Part shown: in pieces, positions 1-8,632 of the stretch | Layout: every line of letters begins with the position of its first letter | Position numbering within the stretch: position 1 is the first letter of the stretch | Assembly: GCA_964636675.1 (NCBI GenBank) | Contig: CAZWUO010000003.1 | Span: 1 to 61,048 of the forward strand | Reading direction: 5' to 3' | DNA: 61,048 nucleotides | Source of the DNA: an uncultured Ectothiorhodospiraceae bacterium | GTDB taxonomy: Bacteria; Pseudomonadota; Gammaproteobacteria; S012-40 | The notes under the pieces: model-generated | What the model saw: the letters and a program-made list of their open reading frames with translations, nothing else | Databases searched by the model: none | What the model was told of the DNA's origin: nothing | Program-made: the position numbers and the translations under genes

Positions 1-392
1 GTTGGGTTTGCAGAAACAAACTCAACTTGTACTTTCTCTTTTTTACCAAGTTTACTGCTGCCAAATTTATCATTTTGCTCGATAATTCGGTGAACAACAT
101 CTAACAATGCTTGCTTTGTTACATGAAAATTAATAAACCCCGGCCCTGCTAATTCAGTTTTTTCAATGTATTTTGAACTTGGTAAGTTTTGCACAAAATT
201 TTCCGCGAGCTGCCGCGGATTTTGGTTAACCGTTTTAGCGAGGCGCATAGCAATATTACACGAGAAATCGCCGTATTTTGGATCCTTGGTGCGATCTATA
301 ACAATCTCCAAAACCAAGTTTTTCGGTAGCTCTCCAGACTTTTGTAACTGATGAATAGACTGTCTTATTAAATCAGAAATATGCGACTTCAA
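1..392 (-). CDS. argS: Arginyl-tRNA synthetase, N-terminal part (runs off window start; not in ORF track)
   Basis: Manual translation from TTG at 392: MKSHISDL...KYGDFSCNIAMRLAK...NPRQLAE...AGPGFINF...VEFVSANPT, hallmark ArgRS motifs. Confidence 0.95.
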   Translation of the reverse strand, partial: MKSHISDLIRQSIHQLQKSGELPKNLVLEIVIDRTKDPKYGDFSCNIAMRLAKTVNQNPRQLAENFVQNLPSSKYIEKTELAGPGFINFHVTKQALLDVVHRIIEQNDKFGSSKLGKKEKVQVEFVSANP

Positions 393-520
393 GCGATAAT
401 GTCCTAGATGTGTAATGGATGATTAAATGGGGTTCGGATTTTAACGCGCCCAAGTAAAAAAAACGAGCACTAGACGAAGCTTTACCGCCTAGGAGGCTGT
501 CCGAGAGTCCTTATTTTGAG

Positions 521-1111
521 CTATTCGGTCTTTGGGGGCTTTCCTTCAACCCCGTGCAAGAGGTTTTTAATATTACTCCGGTGTCGCCACACCAACAATA
601 CGGCAATCACTATATTCATAATTATCAATGGACTAGAGTCAGTCACCAGCCACATCAAAATGGGTGACAATGTAGATGCTACCAGAGCAGAAACAGAAGA
701 GATCTTAGTTAGGCCAACAATAATCAACCAAATTAAGAGCACTAATAAACCAACTGGCAATGAAATCGCGAATAATACACCCGCCGCTGTCGCTACTCCT
801 TTGCCACCCTTAAAACCAAAAAAGACAGGGTAAAGATGTCCAAGAAATGCGCCCAGCCCCACTAAAGCCAAAATTTCCGGAGTCACACCAAGACCTACGG
901 CAATAAGCACCGGAATAACGCCCTTCACGCAATCACCCACTAATGTGTAAACTGCGGCTTTTTTTCCACCAACACGTAATATATTGGTAGCCCCCGGGTT
1001 ATTTGAACCTACGGTTCGTGGATCTTCTATACCCATCAATTTCGCCACGATAACCGCCGTCGAAATTGAACCCAACAAATAAGCCATAATAATTAAACTA
1101 AAATCCACCAA
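521..1111 (-). CDS. plsY: Glycerol-3-phosphate acyltransferase PlsY
   Basis: YLLGS, GSNNPGATN, GHLYPVF, FKGGKGVAT, RHRSNI motifs; divergent from folB. Confidence 0.96.
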   Translation of the reverse strand: MVDFSLIIMAYLLGSISTAVIVAKLMGIEDPRTVGSNNPGATNILRVGGKKAAVYTLVGDCVKGVIPVLIAVGLGVTPEILALVGLGAFLGHLYPVFFGFKGGKGVATAAGVLFAISLPVGLLVLLIWLIIVGLTKISSVSALVASTLSPILMWLVTDSSPLIIMNIVIAVLLVWRHRSNIKNLLHGVEGKPPKTE

Positions 1112-1360
1112 TCCCTACCACCTTTTGCAAACACAATAACCAAGCAATATCCCACACAATCCCTACTTACTCTGCGACCTCTAATTATAATGATAGTTTT
1201 CTTTCAAGTCGCGCTAATCGACGATAAACCAATTCGATACATTTGGAATATAGAAACTAAAGGATCAAGCGCTTGTGTTAGAATCGGCGGCCCAATTCAT
1301 GCCTCGCTAAGAGATCGAGGCCATTTTAAGAAACTATTTTATGCATCCTTCGGTTAGAAC

Positions 1361-1717
1361 ATGGATATAATTTACCTTTCACAATTAAAGATCGAAACCA
1401 TTATTGGAATATATGACTGGGAACGCGAAATCAAACAAACCGTGTGCATTGATCTCGAAATGGGGGCAGACATCCGCCAAGCAGCCCATACAGATAGCAT
1501 CCAAGACACTTTAGACTACAAAGCGGTCGCTAAAAGAATTATCAGTTTTGTGGAAACCAGTGAATTTCAACTCGTAGAAACGATGGCAGAAAAAATTACG
1601 GAGATTGTGATGCTCGAATTCCACGTGCCCTGGGTCAAACTGAGGCTAGCTAAGCCAGGGGCAATTACCGGCGCTCAAGATGTCGGGATCTTAATCGAAA
1701 GGGGTAATAATAAGTAG
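1361..1717 (+). CDS. folB: Dihydroneopterin aldolase
   Basis: IGIYDWERE...DTLDY...LVETMAE...KPGA. Confidence 0.96.
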   Translation: MDIIYLSQLKIETIIGIYDWEREIKQTVCIDLEMGADIRQAAHTDSIQDTLDYKAVAKRIISFVETSEFQLVETMAEKITEIVMLEFHVPWVKLRLAKPGAITGAQDVGILIERGNNK

Positions 1718-2199
1718 TGGTTCAAATATTTGTCAGCCTAGGCAGTAATATTAACCCTAAAAAATACCTGCGCAGTGGCTTAAATGAACTGGAAAAACAT
1801 TTCGACGCCGTCACTCTATCACCCATATATGAAAGTATTGCGATTGGGTTTACTGGTGATAATTTTCTCAATCTCGTTGCTCGATACGAAACCGTTCTCG
1901 ATATTCATCATGTATTAAACATCCTCACGAATATTGAAGACCAAAATGGAAGAACCCGCGACAAAATAAAATTCAGCGCCAGAACCTTAGATATCGACTT
2001 GCTGCTATATGGAAATCTTGTAATCAACGAAAAGAATTTCAGCTTACCCCGAGCAGAAATTTATCATAATGCTTTTGTGCTAAAACCACTCTCTGATATC
2101 GCTGGAAATCTCGTTGATGTAAAAACCGGGAAAACCTATAACCAACTATGGCATGCCTTTGATCAGGCGTCTCAAAAATTATGGAAAATAGACTTTTAA
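1717..2199 (+). CDS. folK: 2-amino-4-hydroxy-6-hydroxymethyldihydropteridine diphosphokinase
   Basis: LGSNI, FLN, RTLDIDLLLY motifs; coupled to folB. Confidence 0.95.
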   Translation: MVQIFVSLGSNINPKKYLRSGLNELEKHFDAVTLSPIYESIAIGFTGDNFLNLVARYETVLDIHHVLNILTNIEDQNGRTRDKIKFSARTLDIDLLLYGNLVINEKNFSLPRAEIYHNAFVLKPLSDIAGNLVDVKTGKTYNQLWHAFDQASQKLWKIDF

Positions 2200-2471
2200 A
2201 ATGTGCTTGTTTGCCTTTCCATCTGGGTTAAAAATCCAATGGCATGCTCCCTGTCGTCACCGCACATTTCGGGCTCGGGAGACAAAGACACACACACCAT
2301 CGGACGCCTTTGTTGACCGAAAATCTTACAACGTAGCGCCTCATCGAGCTGGATACATGCTAGGCCAGCGGCTTTTCCTGCAGGCATTCCTCTGCTAATA
2401 CTCGGCACAATGCAACAAGCAGCACACTGTGGACGACACTCCATTTTCAATATTTCGTAGCGGACAACCAC
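2196..2471 (-). CDS. YkgJ-family cysteine-cluster (Zn/Fe-binding) protein
   Basis: CRPQCAACC, GKAAGLACIQL, CKIF, RPMVC; true start probably MECRPQ. Confidence 0.85.
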   Translation of the reverse strand: MVVRYEILKMECRPQCAACCIVPSISRGMPAGKAAGLACIQLDEALRCKIFGQQRRPMVCVSLSPEPEMCGDDREHAIGFLTQMERQTSTF

Positions 2472-2498
2472 CCCTCATAAAACCACCTATTTATTCGG

Positions 2499-3155
2499 TT
2501 ATTCAATCTTCTTCACTCCATTGGGCGTACCCAGAAGAAGCACATCAGCCGGACGACTCGCAAACAGGCCTACGGTCACTACTCCCGTAATTTGATTCAA
2601 CTTACTCTCCATTACCGGTGGATTAAGTATTTCAAGATGATGAATATCAAGGATCTGGTTCCCATTATCCGTGATAAACCCATCTCGATAATGAGGCTGG
2701 CCTCCAAGCTTTACGATTTCTCGCGCCACATAACTCCTCGCCATTGGGATAACCTCAATGGGCAATGGAAACTCACCCAACAAATCAACAACCTTGGACT
2801 CATCCGCAATGCATATAAATTTCCGCGCAACCGCTGCTATTATTTTCTCCCTGGTGAGCGCTCCACCACCACCCTTGATCAAATGCAGATTTTTCGTAGA
2901 CTCATCCGCGCCATCGACGTAAATCTCGATATCATTGACACTATTCAGATCCAGCACGGCAATTCCGTGAGACTTCAGGCGCTCAGTAGAAACATCCGAA
3001 CTCGAAACTGCGCCATCGATTTTATGCTTTATTGTCGCAAGCGCATCTATAAAAAAATTAACCGTAGATCCAGTACCTACTCCGATAACTCCACCGGCTG
3101 GTACATATTCTAGCGCAGCTTCTGCGGCCTGGCGCTTTAAATCATTTTGTGACAT
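2499..3155 (-). CDS. rpiA: Ribose-5-phosphate isomerase A
   Basis: [24 protein letters not shown]; start set at MSQND behind a GGAG RBS. Confidence 0.97.
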   Translation of the reverse strand: MSQNDLKRQAAEAALEYVPAGGVIGVGTGSTVNFFIDALATIKHKIDGAVSSSDVSTERLKSHGIAVLDLNSVNDIEIYVDGADESTKNLHLIKGGGGALTREKIIAAVARKFICIADESKVVDLLGEFPLPIEVIPMARSYVAREIVKLGGQPHYRDGFITDNGNQILDIHHLEILNPPVMESKLNQITGVVTVGLFASRPADVLLLGTPNGVKKIE

Positions 3156-3353
3156 ATTTTCTCCTACAATGGATAATGGCGTGGGCATAAAAACACCCTC
3201 CTGTTACGGCGTCATGGCTATGTTGACGATGTATTAGAATAGAATACCCTGGTACTTCCTTCGTATAAAGCCCTTATCAAAAACTAAAAGACTTCCTAAA
3301 CTACAATCAATTAGTTAGTTACCAAGCCTCATATATTTGTTAACTTACGCGGT

Positions 3354-4868
3354 ATGAGCATTAATTACTTAGAAAAAATATTACAAGCAAACGTTTACGA
3401 TGTTGCGAACAAAACCCCACTTGAATTAGCCAGCAAACTCTCGCAGCGCTTAAATAATCAGATTTGGTTAAAACGCGAGGATCTACAGCCTGTTTTTTCA
3501 TTCAAACTTCGAGGAGCTTATAACAAGATTATCCAGCTCTCAGAGAATGAACGACAACGAGGTATTATAGCTGCCTCTGCCGGTAATCATGCCCAAGGAG
3601 TAGCCTTAGCGGCTCAAAAACTAGGTATACCCGCGCTTATCGTCATGCCAAAAACGACACCCGGTATTAAAGTGGATGCCGTAAGGTATCTGGGCGCAAA
3701 AGTGATACTCCATGGCAATTCTTATGACGATGCACTTGATCACGCAAAAAAAATCGAAAAATCAGACGGCTTAACATTCATACACCCGTATGATGACCCT
3801 GATGTGATTGCCGGACAGGGCACAGTAGCCATGGAAATGGTATCACAAAAATCATCAGGCTTTGACGCGATATTTGTTCCCGTTGGTGGTGGTGGCCTGA
3901 TCGCCGGAATCACGGCTTATATAAAAGCACTTGCGCCACATACCAAAATTATTGCGGTGGAAGCCGATGATTCCGCTTGCCTAAAAGCAGCCCTTGATAA
4001 CAACCAACGCGTCACTCTTGATCAAGTGGGTATCTTTGCGGATGGCGTGGCCGTTAAGCAAATTGGCAAAGAGCCATTTAATATCATCAGAGACAAAATT
4101 GATGACGTAATTCTTGTTACTTCTGACGAAATATGCGCGTCTATCAAAGATATATTTGATGAAACTCGATCAATCACCGAACCTGCTGGTGCCCTTGCGG
4201 TGGCAGGCATTAAAAAATATGTTGCCCGGGAAAAACTCAGCGGCTGCACACTTGCCGCCATTGTAAGCGGCGCAAACATGAACTTTGACCGCCTGAGACA
4301 TGTCGCTGAGAGAGCGGAACTGGGCAAACAAAGAGAAGCATTATTCGCTGTTACTATTGACGAAAAACCTGGAAGTTTTCAGCGCTTCTGCCACATTATT
4401 GGTCAACGCGGCATTACCGAGTTTAATTATCGGTATGCAGATCCCACTGCCGCACATGTGTTCGCCGGAATTCAATTACGTGAAGGTAAAACCGAAAAAG
4501 ACGCACTCATCGCGAAACTCAAAGAACACGAATACTCGGTTCTTGACATATCCGATGACGATGTCGCCAAATTACATATCCGCTATATGGTAGGTGGGCA
4601 TGCCCCTGGGTTATTGAATGAAATTATTTATCGTTTTGAATTTCCTGAGCGGCCAGGCGCGTTATTATTATTCCTTACTAAAATCGGCCAACGGTGGAAT
4701 ATCAGCATGTTTCATTATCGAAATCACGGCGCTGATTTCGGCAGAACCCTGGTTGGTATACAAGTTCCAGCAAACGAAAAAACCGAATTTGATCGCTTTT
4801 TAGATGACCTAGGCTATCAATATTGGGACGAAACTAATAATCCCGTTTACCGACTGTTTTTAGGATAG
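3354..4868 (+). CDS. ilvA: Biosynthetic threonine ammonia-lyase
   Basis: KREDLQPVFSFKLRGA, SAGNHAQGVA, C-terminal regulatory repeats (FPERPGAL). Confidence 0.97.
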   Translation: MSINYLEKILQANVYDVANKTPLELASKLSQRLNNQIWLKREDLQPVFSFKLRGAYNKIIQLSENERQRGIIAASAGNHAQGVALAAQKLGIPALIVMPKTTPGIKVDAVRYLGAKVILHGNSYDDALDHAKKIEKSDGLTFIHPYDDPDVIAGQGTVAMEMVSQKSSGFDAIFVPVGGGGLIAGITAYIKALAPHTKIIAVEADDSACLKAALDNNQRVTLDQVGIFADGVAVKQIGKEPFNIIRDKIDDVILVTSDEICASIKDIFDETRSITEPAGALAVAGIKKYVAREKLSGCTLAAIVSGANMNFDRLRHVAERAELGKQREALFAVTIDEKPGSFQRFCHIIGQRGITEFNYRYADPTAAHVFAGIQLREGKTEKDALIAKLKEHEYSVLDISDDDVAKLHIRYMVGGHAPGLLNEIIYRFEFPERPGALLLFLTKIGQRWNISMFHYRNHGADFGRTLVGIQVPANEKTEFDRFLDDLGYQYWDETNNPVYRLFLG

Positions 4869-4889
4869 AGGAACAAAATCGGTGTATTT

Positions 4890-5627
4890 TTAGGCATAAG
4901 TAGAGGTTCGACTAAAGGGATTAGAATAACCCGCAGCAGATACCGTTGCGCGCAAAACCTGTTGCTTTTCTTTTTTATCCTCGCCTTCCTCCAGCCAATC
5001 TATCAACGGCTGCCAATCTTGCTTAGATTGTTCTGCAAACGGTGAATCATGCTCCAATACACTTATTCCACTTTCTGCAGCTTGTGCATAATTTTCACTT
5101 TGGTTTAACACCGTGATAAATTCAAAATCTAAATTATTAAATATTCTCTGGAGCGCAAAAAATGACGGCGTATTCTGGTTTGCTCTATTGGCAACAATAC
5201 CAATTACCGCGTTAGTTGGGGAAATTCTAAATAATTTATGGAGTTCCTGGATAAACATCGCTGTTGCTCTAATATCGATAGCAGATTGCTGAACTGGAAT
5301 TAAAATTTTATCCACATTTTTCATAATCGATGAATGGCGCTGTAAATCGATACCTGCTGGTGTATCAATTATAATTCTCTTAGTTTCTGGGGGGATTCGC
5401 ATTTGCCAAGACCGAGTACTGCCAGACTTACTACGAAAAGGTGATATTCCATGGATTACAGGCTTAGAATAAGGACGCTGCTTTAACCACTCAATACTTG
5501 AACCCTGCGGATCAAAATCCTTTAGCACAACGGGCAAACCTATTGCCGCATAATACCCCGCCAAATTCGTAACAATCGTGGTTTTTCCACAACCCCCTTT
5601 CGAATTAAGAACCATTATAGTCCGCAT
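4890..5627 (-). CDS. ParA/MinD-family ATPase (no adjacent parB)
   Basis: Deviant Walker A KGGCGKTT, DFDPQGS, IIDTPAG. Confidence 0.88.
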   Translation of the reverse strand: MRTIMVLNSKGGCGKTTIVTNLAGYYAAIGLPVVLKDFDPQGSSIEWLKQRPYSKPVIHGISPFRSKSGSTRSWQMRIPPETKRIIIDTPAGIDLQRHSSIMKNVDKILIPVQQSAIDIRATAMFIQELHKLFRISPTNAVIGIVANRANQNTPSFFALQRIFNNLDFEFITVLNQSENYAQAAESGISVLEHDSPFAEQSKQDWQPLIDWLEEGEDKKEKQQVLRATVSAAGYSNPFSRTSTYA

Positions 5628-5808
5628 GATAACTTCCTTTTTCTAAATTCCGTATAGTATGCTGCGTATTTAACCCAGTTAGGCCGCGAGTTTATAGCGA
5701 CACCTTCGAACGCAGTCTTTAGTAAAGATAAGGAACAAGAAGTCGCCTACAAAAAGCCTTCCTGCTGGAAAGTTTTCTGTAAGCTTGGATTCGAATTTAA
5801 ATAAGAAG

Positions 5809-6204
5809 TTAGGGCGTGTCGCCAGGAATCACTTGAGCATAATTCAGAGGAAATTTTAGTACGGTTTCTTCCTGCTTGCTATTTCGAACAAAAATATTCA
5901 ATACATCCTTCTGCGGATCAACTACCCGTAACGCGGTACGATAAACACCCATATTGCCATCTTCGATGGCCTGCTTCCATGAGCCAGCGTCACCTAATCG
6001 CAACTTCACGAGTAAATCCCAAGCGGGCTTGCGCCCATCGCGATTAGCTATTATGAGAAACTCAATCATCCCTGGCTTCGGCACCGGCGGCCGCGCTTCC
6101 ACTCTGAACGTCAGACCTTGCCATTCTTGAGCCGGGGTTGTTGGAACCTCTCCGGTACAAGAAATCATTAAACTGACCAGAACTATAATACTAACTCTAA
6201 ACAT
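5809..6204 (-). CDS. Putative lipoprotein, FixH/YtkA-like beta-sandwich
   Basis: Lipobox-like MISC; beta-rich with GVY motif; last gene of the ccoG unit. Confidence 0.55.
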   Translation of the reverse strand: MFRVSIIVLVSLMISCTGEVPTTPAQEWQGLTFRVEARPPVPKPGMIEFLIIANRDGRKPAWDLLVKLRLGDAGSWKQAIEDGNMGVYRTALRVVDPQKDVLNIFVRNSKQEETVLKFPLNYAQVIPGDTP

Positions 6205-6512
6205 TAGGAATCGCTCGCATTTGAGATCAAGTAACTCAGCAATTCGTTTTTATCTTTCTCAGGAATTGCATCCAGTGAATTCATAATTCGATGATTATTC
6301 ATTCGGTATATAACGTTAGACCATTCTAAAGATTTATGCTCGTAGGGCTTTGGTGGGGCATGACAATCATTACAATACTTCATCAACATTGGGTGATTAT
6401 TCGCTTTTAGTTGAGCGAGGTTTTCGCTCATGGTTTTTTCCGTATCTGTGCACGCTGAATTCAAGCCTAATAAAACGATGACAAATAACAAATACCCATT
6501 ATTTTTCTGCAC
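6204..6512 (-). CDS. Monohaem c-type cytochrome, probably a lipoprotein
   Basis: CNDCH followed by W..VIYRM; N-terminal hydrophobic stretch with NSAC. Confidence 0.8.
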   Translation of the reverse strand: MQKNNGYLLFVIVLLGLNSACTDTEKTMSENLAQLKANNHPMLMKYCNDCHAPPKPYEHKSLEWSNVIYRMNNHRIMNSLDAIPEKDKNELLSYLISNASDS

Positions 6513-6915
6513 TATCTTTTGCTTCTTGTTTTTGCTTTAGCTTTTTTTCTTTTTTTTCCGCAAGTTGATGGCGTAAATCAACAAAGTAGTAAATGATAAA
6601 ACTCATAAATACCACCCAGGCCACTCCCGCAGGAATCCCCCAGTCAAACCAGGGGCGCTCATAACCCGGTCGATTTCCCCAAAAAGGAAATGTTAGACCT
6701 ACCGCAACAAGTAATAACACCACAAATATCGCAATAAACCAATAAGGAATAATGACATTATTCTCAGCCATTTCTTCTACCATTTCCCAATCTTCAAGGC
6801 CTCGTCTATCTTTGCGCTCTTCATCAGATTTATATCCAAAATTATCGCTTCGAGACTCTCCCCATTTTGCTCCTCGTGTTGCGTCTGGGTTTACTGTATC
6901 TTTTTTGGTAGGCAT
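6499..6915 (-). CDS. Two-TM membrane protein with CcoP N-terminus-like segment
   Basis: ENNVIIPYWF...TFPFWG and RPWFDWG; resembles 14904-15545. Confidence 0.6.
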   Translation of the reverse strand: MPTKKDTVNPDATRGAKWGESRSDNFGYKSDEERKDRRGLEDWEMVEEMAENNVIIPYWFIAIFVVLLLVAVGLTFPFWGNRPGYERPWFDWGIPAGVAWVVFMSFIIYYFVDLRHQLAEKKEKKLKQKQEAKDSAEK

Positions 6916-6919
6916 AAAA

Positions 6920-8248
6920 CTAACCTCGTGTTACGACATGATTTAAACGTACAAAATTTTTCCAGCCATCGTCTGACTCTGCCCTGACGATGAAGCTATA
7001 TACACCAGGAACCAATTCTGAGCTAAACCGCAAAAAGAGGTCTCGTCGACCAACCGTAGAAAAACTCACAGATTCGCTGCTCAAAGTATAATCGCTCGCA
7101 CTAAGACCTTCAATTTTAAGCCTTACCTTACTCGGTTCAAAAAGCTTATTGGCAATATTTATTCGATATTCAGTGATTTGATTCCCTTGATGAATTTCAG
7201 ATTTATAGACCGCCAAATTGTGCGCATCATAGGTAAACAAACCATATACAAAAATACTGACACCAACCAACCACACGGGCATTACCCAGGCAAGCCTTTG
7301 CTTAGCACTCGCAAGTGGTCTTAACAAGCGGTGTTCGCTTGAAATAGTCGTCCTTTCGCCCAATTTAAAACTCAATAGCCCTGATTTGTGTTCTTTAGCA
7401 TGCATCGTATCACACGCCGAAATACAAGCACCGCAATTTGTGCAGCTATCAAATGTTGTAGTGTTTCTAGGGTCGATCTGAACCATACATTTAGTGACGC
7501 AATACGAACATTTTTCACATTCAGCTGATCGAGTCTTATCATAGTGGATATGTAGAGTATCTTTGGTCTTAAATAAAAACTGCCAGATTCGATAAATACA
7601 CATATAACGACATAAAAAGTGCCTTACCACCGCTAAATTCACAAATACGATAAATGTAAATACCATATAAACCCAGCGCAAGGAAAACGCAGACTCTGTT
7701 TGATCTTGGAATGAAATCAAACCCCATAACTGCGAGGGTTCGATAAAATACAGCAGGGGAATTAAAGCGGCAAGCAATGACAAAGCAATTAGCTTAACTC
7801 CAAGAAAAAGCCAGTTTAAGGTCTTATTTTTGCGGCTCGTTACTTTTGTAGAATTCTGATTTTCCCAATCTATCACCGCCCGCTTACCAAGCGATTTAAA
7901 TGTAAACTTGTCAGCCAGTGATGAAAACGTGTTTTGCGGACACAGCCAACCGCAAAACGCAGTACCTACCGTAGAGTAAAGCATAATAAAAGTACAAGCT
8001 AACGCTAACCAGAAACCAAAAACGAGTGAAAAATCAGCAAACCATACTTGACGCCCTAATACGACGAAACCTGACGAAACGTCAATTCTAAAAATACCCA
8101 ACAAAGGAATCAGTATCAGCAAGAGGATCATTCCAAGCTGGACAACTTGTCGCCCCCAATTGAGGGAACTTCTTCTGGAACCCGGGTCAGTAACAACGGA
8201 TATTTTGCTAAGCGCTTCATTTGCCTTCATAATAGCCGATTCTAACAT
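6920..8248 (-). CDS. ccoG: CcoG/FixG-like membrane 4Fe-4S ferredoxin (cbb3 assembly, cupric reductase family)
   Basis: CGWLCPQ, CRYMC, CEKCSYCVTKC, CTNCGACISACD; multi-TM with C-terminal Ig-like domain. Confidence 0.85.
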   Translation of the reverse strand: MLESAIMKANEALSKISVVTDPGSRRSSLNWGRQVVQLGMILLLILIPLLGIFRIDVSSGFVVLGRQVWFADFSLVFGFWLALACTFIMLYSTVGTAFCGWLCPQNTFSSLADKFTFKSLGKRAVIDWENQNSTKVTSRKNKTLNWLFLGVKLIALSLLAALIPLLYFIEPSQLWGLISFQDQTESAFSLRWVYMVFTFIVFVNLAVVRHFLCRYMCIYRIWQFLFKTKDTLHIHYDKTRSAECEKCSYCVTKCMVQIDPRNTTTFDSCTNCGACISACDTMHAKEHKSGLLSFKLGERTTISSEHRLLRPLASAKQRLAWVMPVWLVGVSIFVYGLFTYDAHNLAVYKSEIHQGNQITEYRINIANKLFEPSKVRLKIEGLSASDYTLSSESVSFSTVGRRDLFLRFSSELVPGVYSFIVRAESDDGWKNFVRLNHVVTRG

Positions 8249-8441
8249 GCCAATAAGCTAACTTCACTGAATAACGTTTGAATTACTGCCATACCCCCTC
8301 ATGAATTCGTAGCAAAACACTCAACAATCGTCAAAATGACAAAAACTACAAAGTGCTTGTATTTAAAATACTAATTCGCTATATTCGGTCAGAGCACATA
8401 GAGTTATGTCGTTTAACAAAAATAATCCGGGGGATTGAATA

Positions 8442-8561
8442 ATGGTTGATAACATTGGAATTAATATCCTTATTCCTTTATTAATATTTGGCTTCATTAT
8501 TGTTGGTTCAATGCTAATGTCAGGTGCCGCTCTTAAAGACACAATGGAGCGCCGCGAGTAA
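8442..8561 (+). CDS. 39-aa single-TM microprotein (not in ORF track)
   Basis: MVDNIGINILIPLLIFGFIIVGSMLMSGAALKDTMERRE; GGGGGA RBS upstream; terminator directly after. Confidence 0.65.
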   Translation: MVDNIGINILIPLLIFGFIIVGSMLMSGAALKDTMERRE

Positions 8562-8581
8562 ACTAACGTATTGCTGGACAT

Positions 8582-8610
8582 AAAAAAGCCCGGTTTACCG
8601 GGCTTTTTTA
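8582..8610. terminator. Bidirectional intrinsic terminator
   Basis: AAAAAAGCCCGGT-TT-ACCGGGCTTTTTT between convergent genes. Confidence 0.88.
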
Positions 8611-8632
8611 TGTTCATTAGAGGCAACTTATA

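Noticed and set aside
166-351. 61-aa plus-strand ORF
   Set aside because: Antisense shadow of argS
8363-8626. 87-aa minus-strand ORF
   Set aside because: Crosses a terminator and is antisense to the better-supported 39-aa sORF
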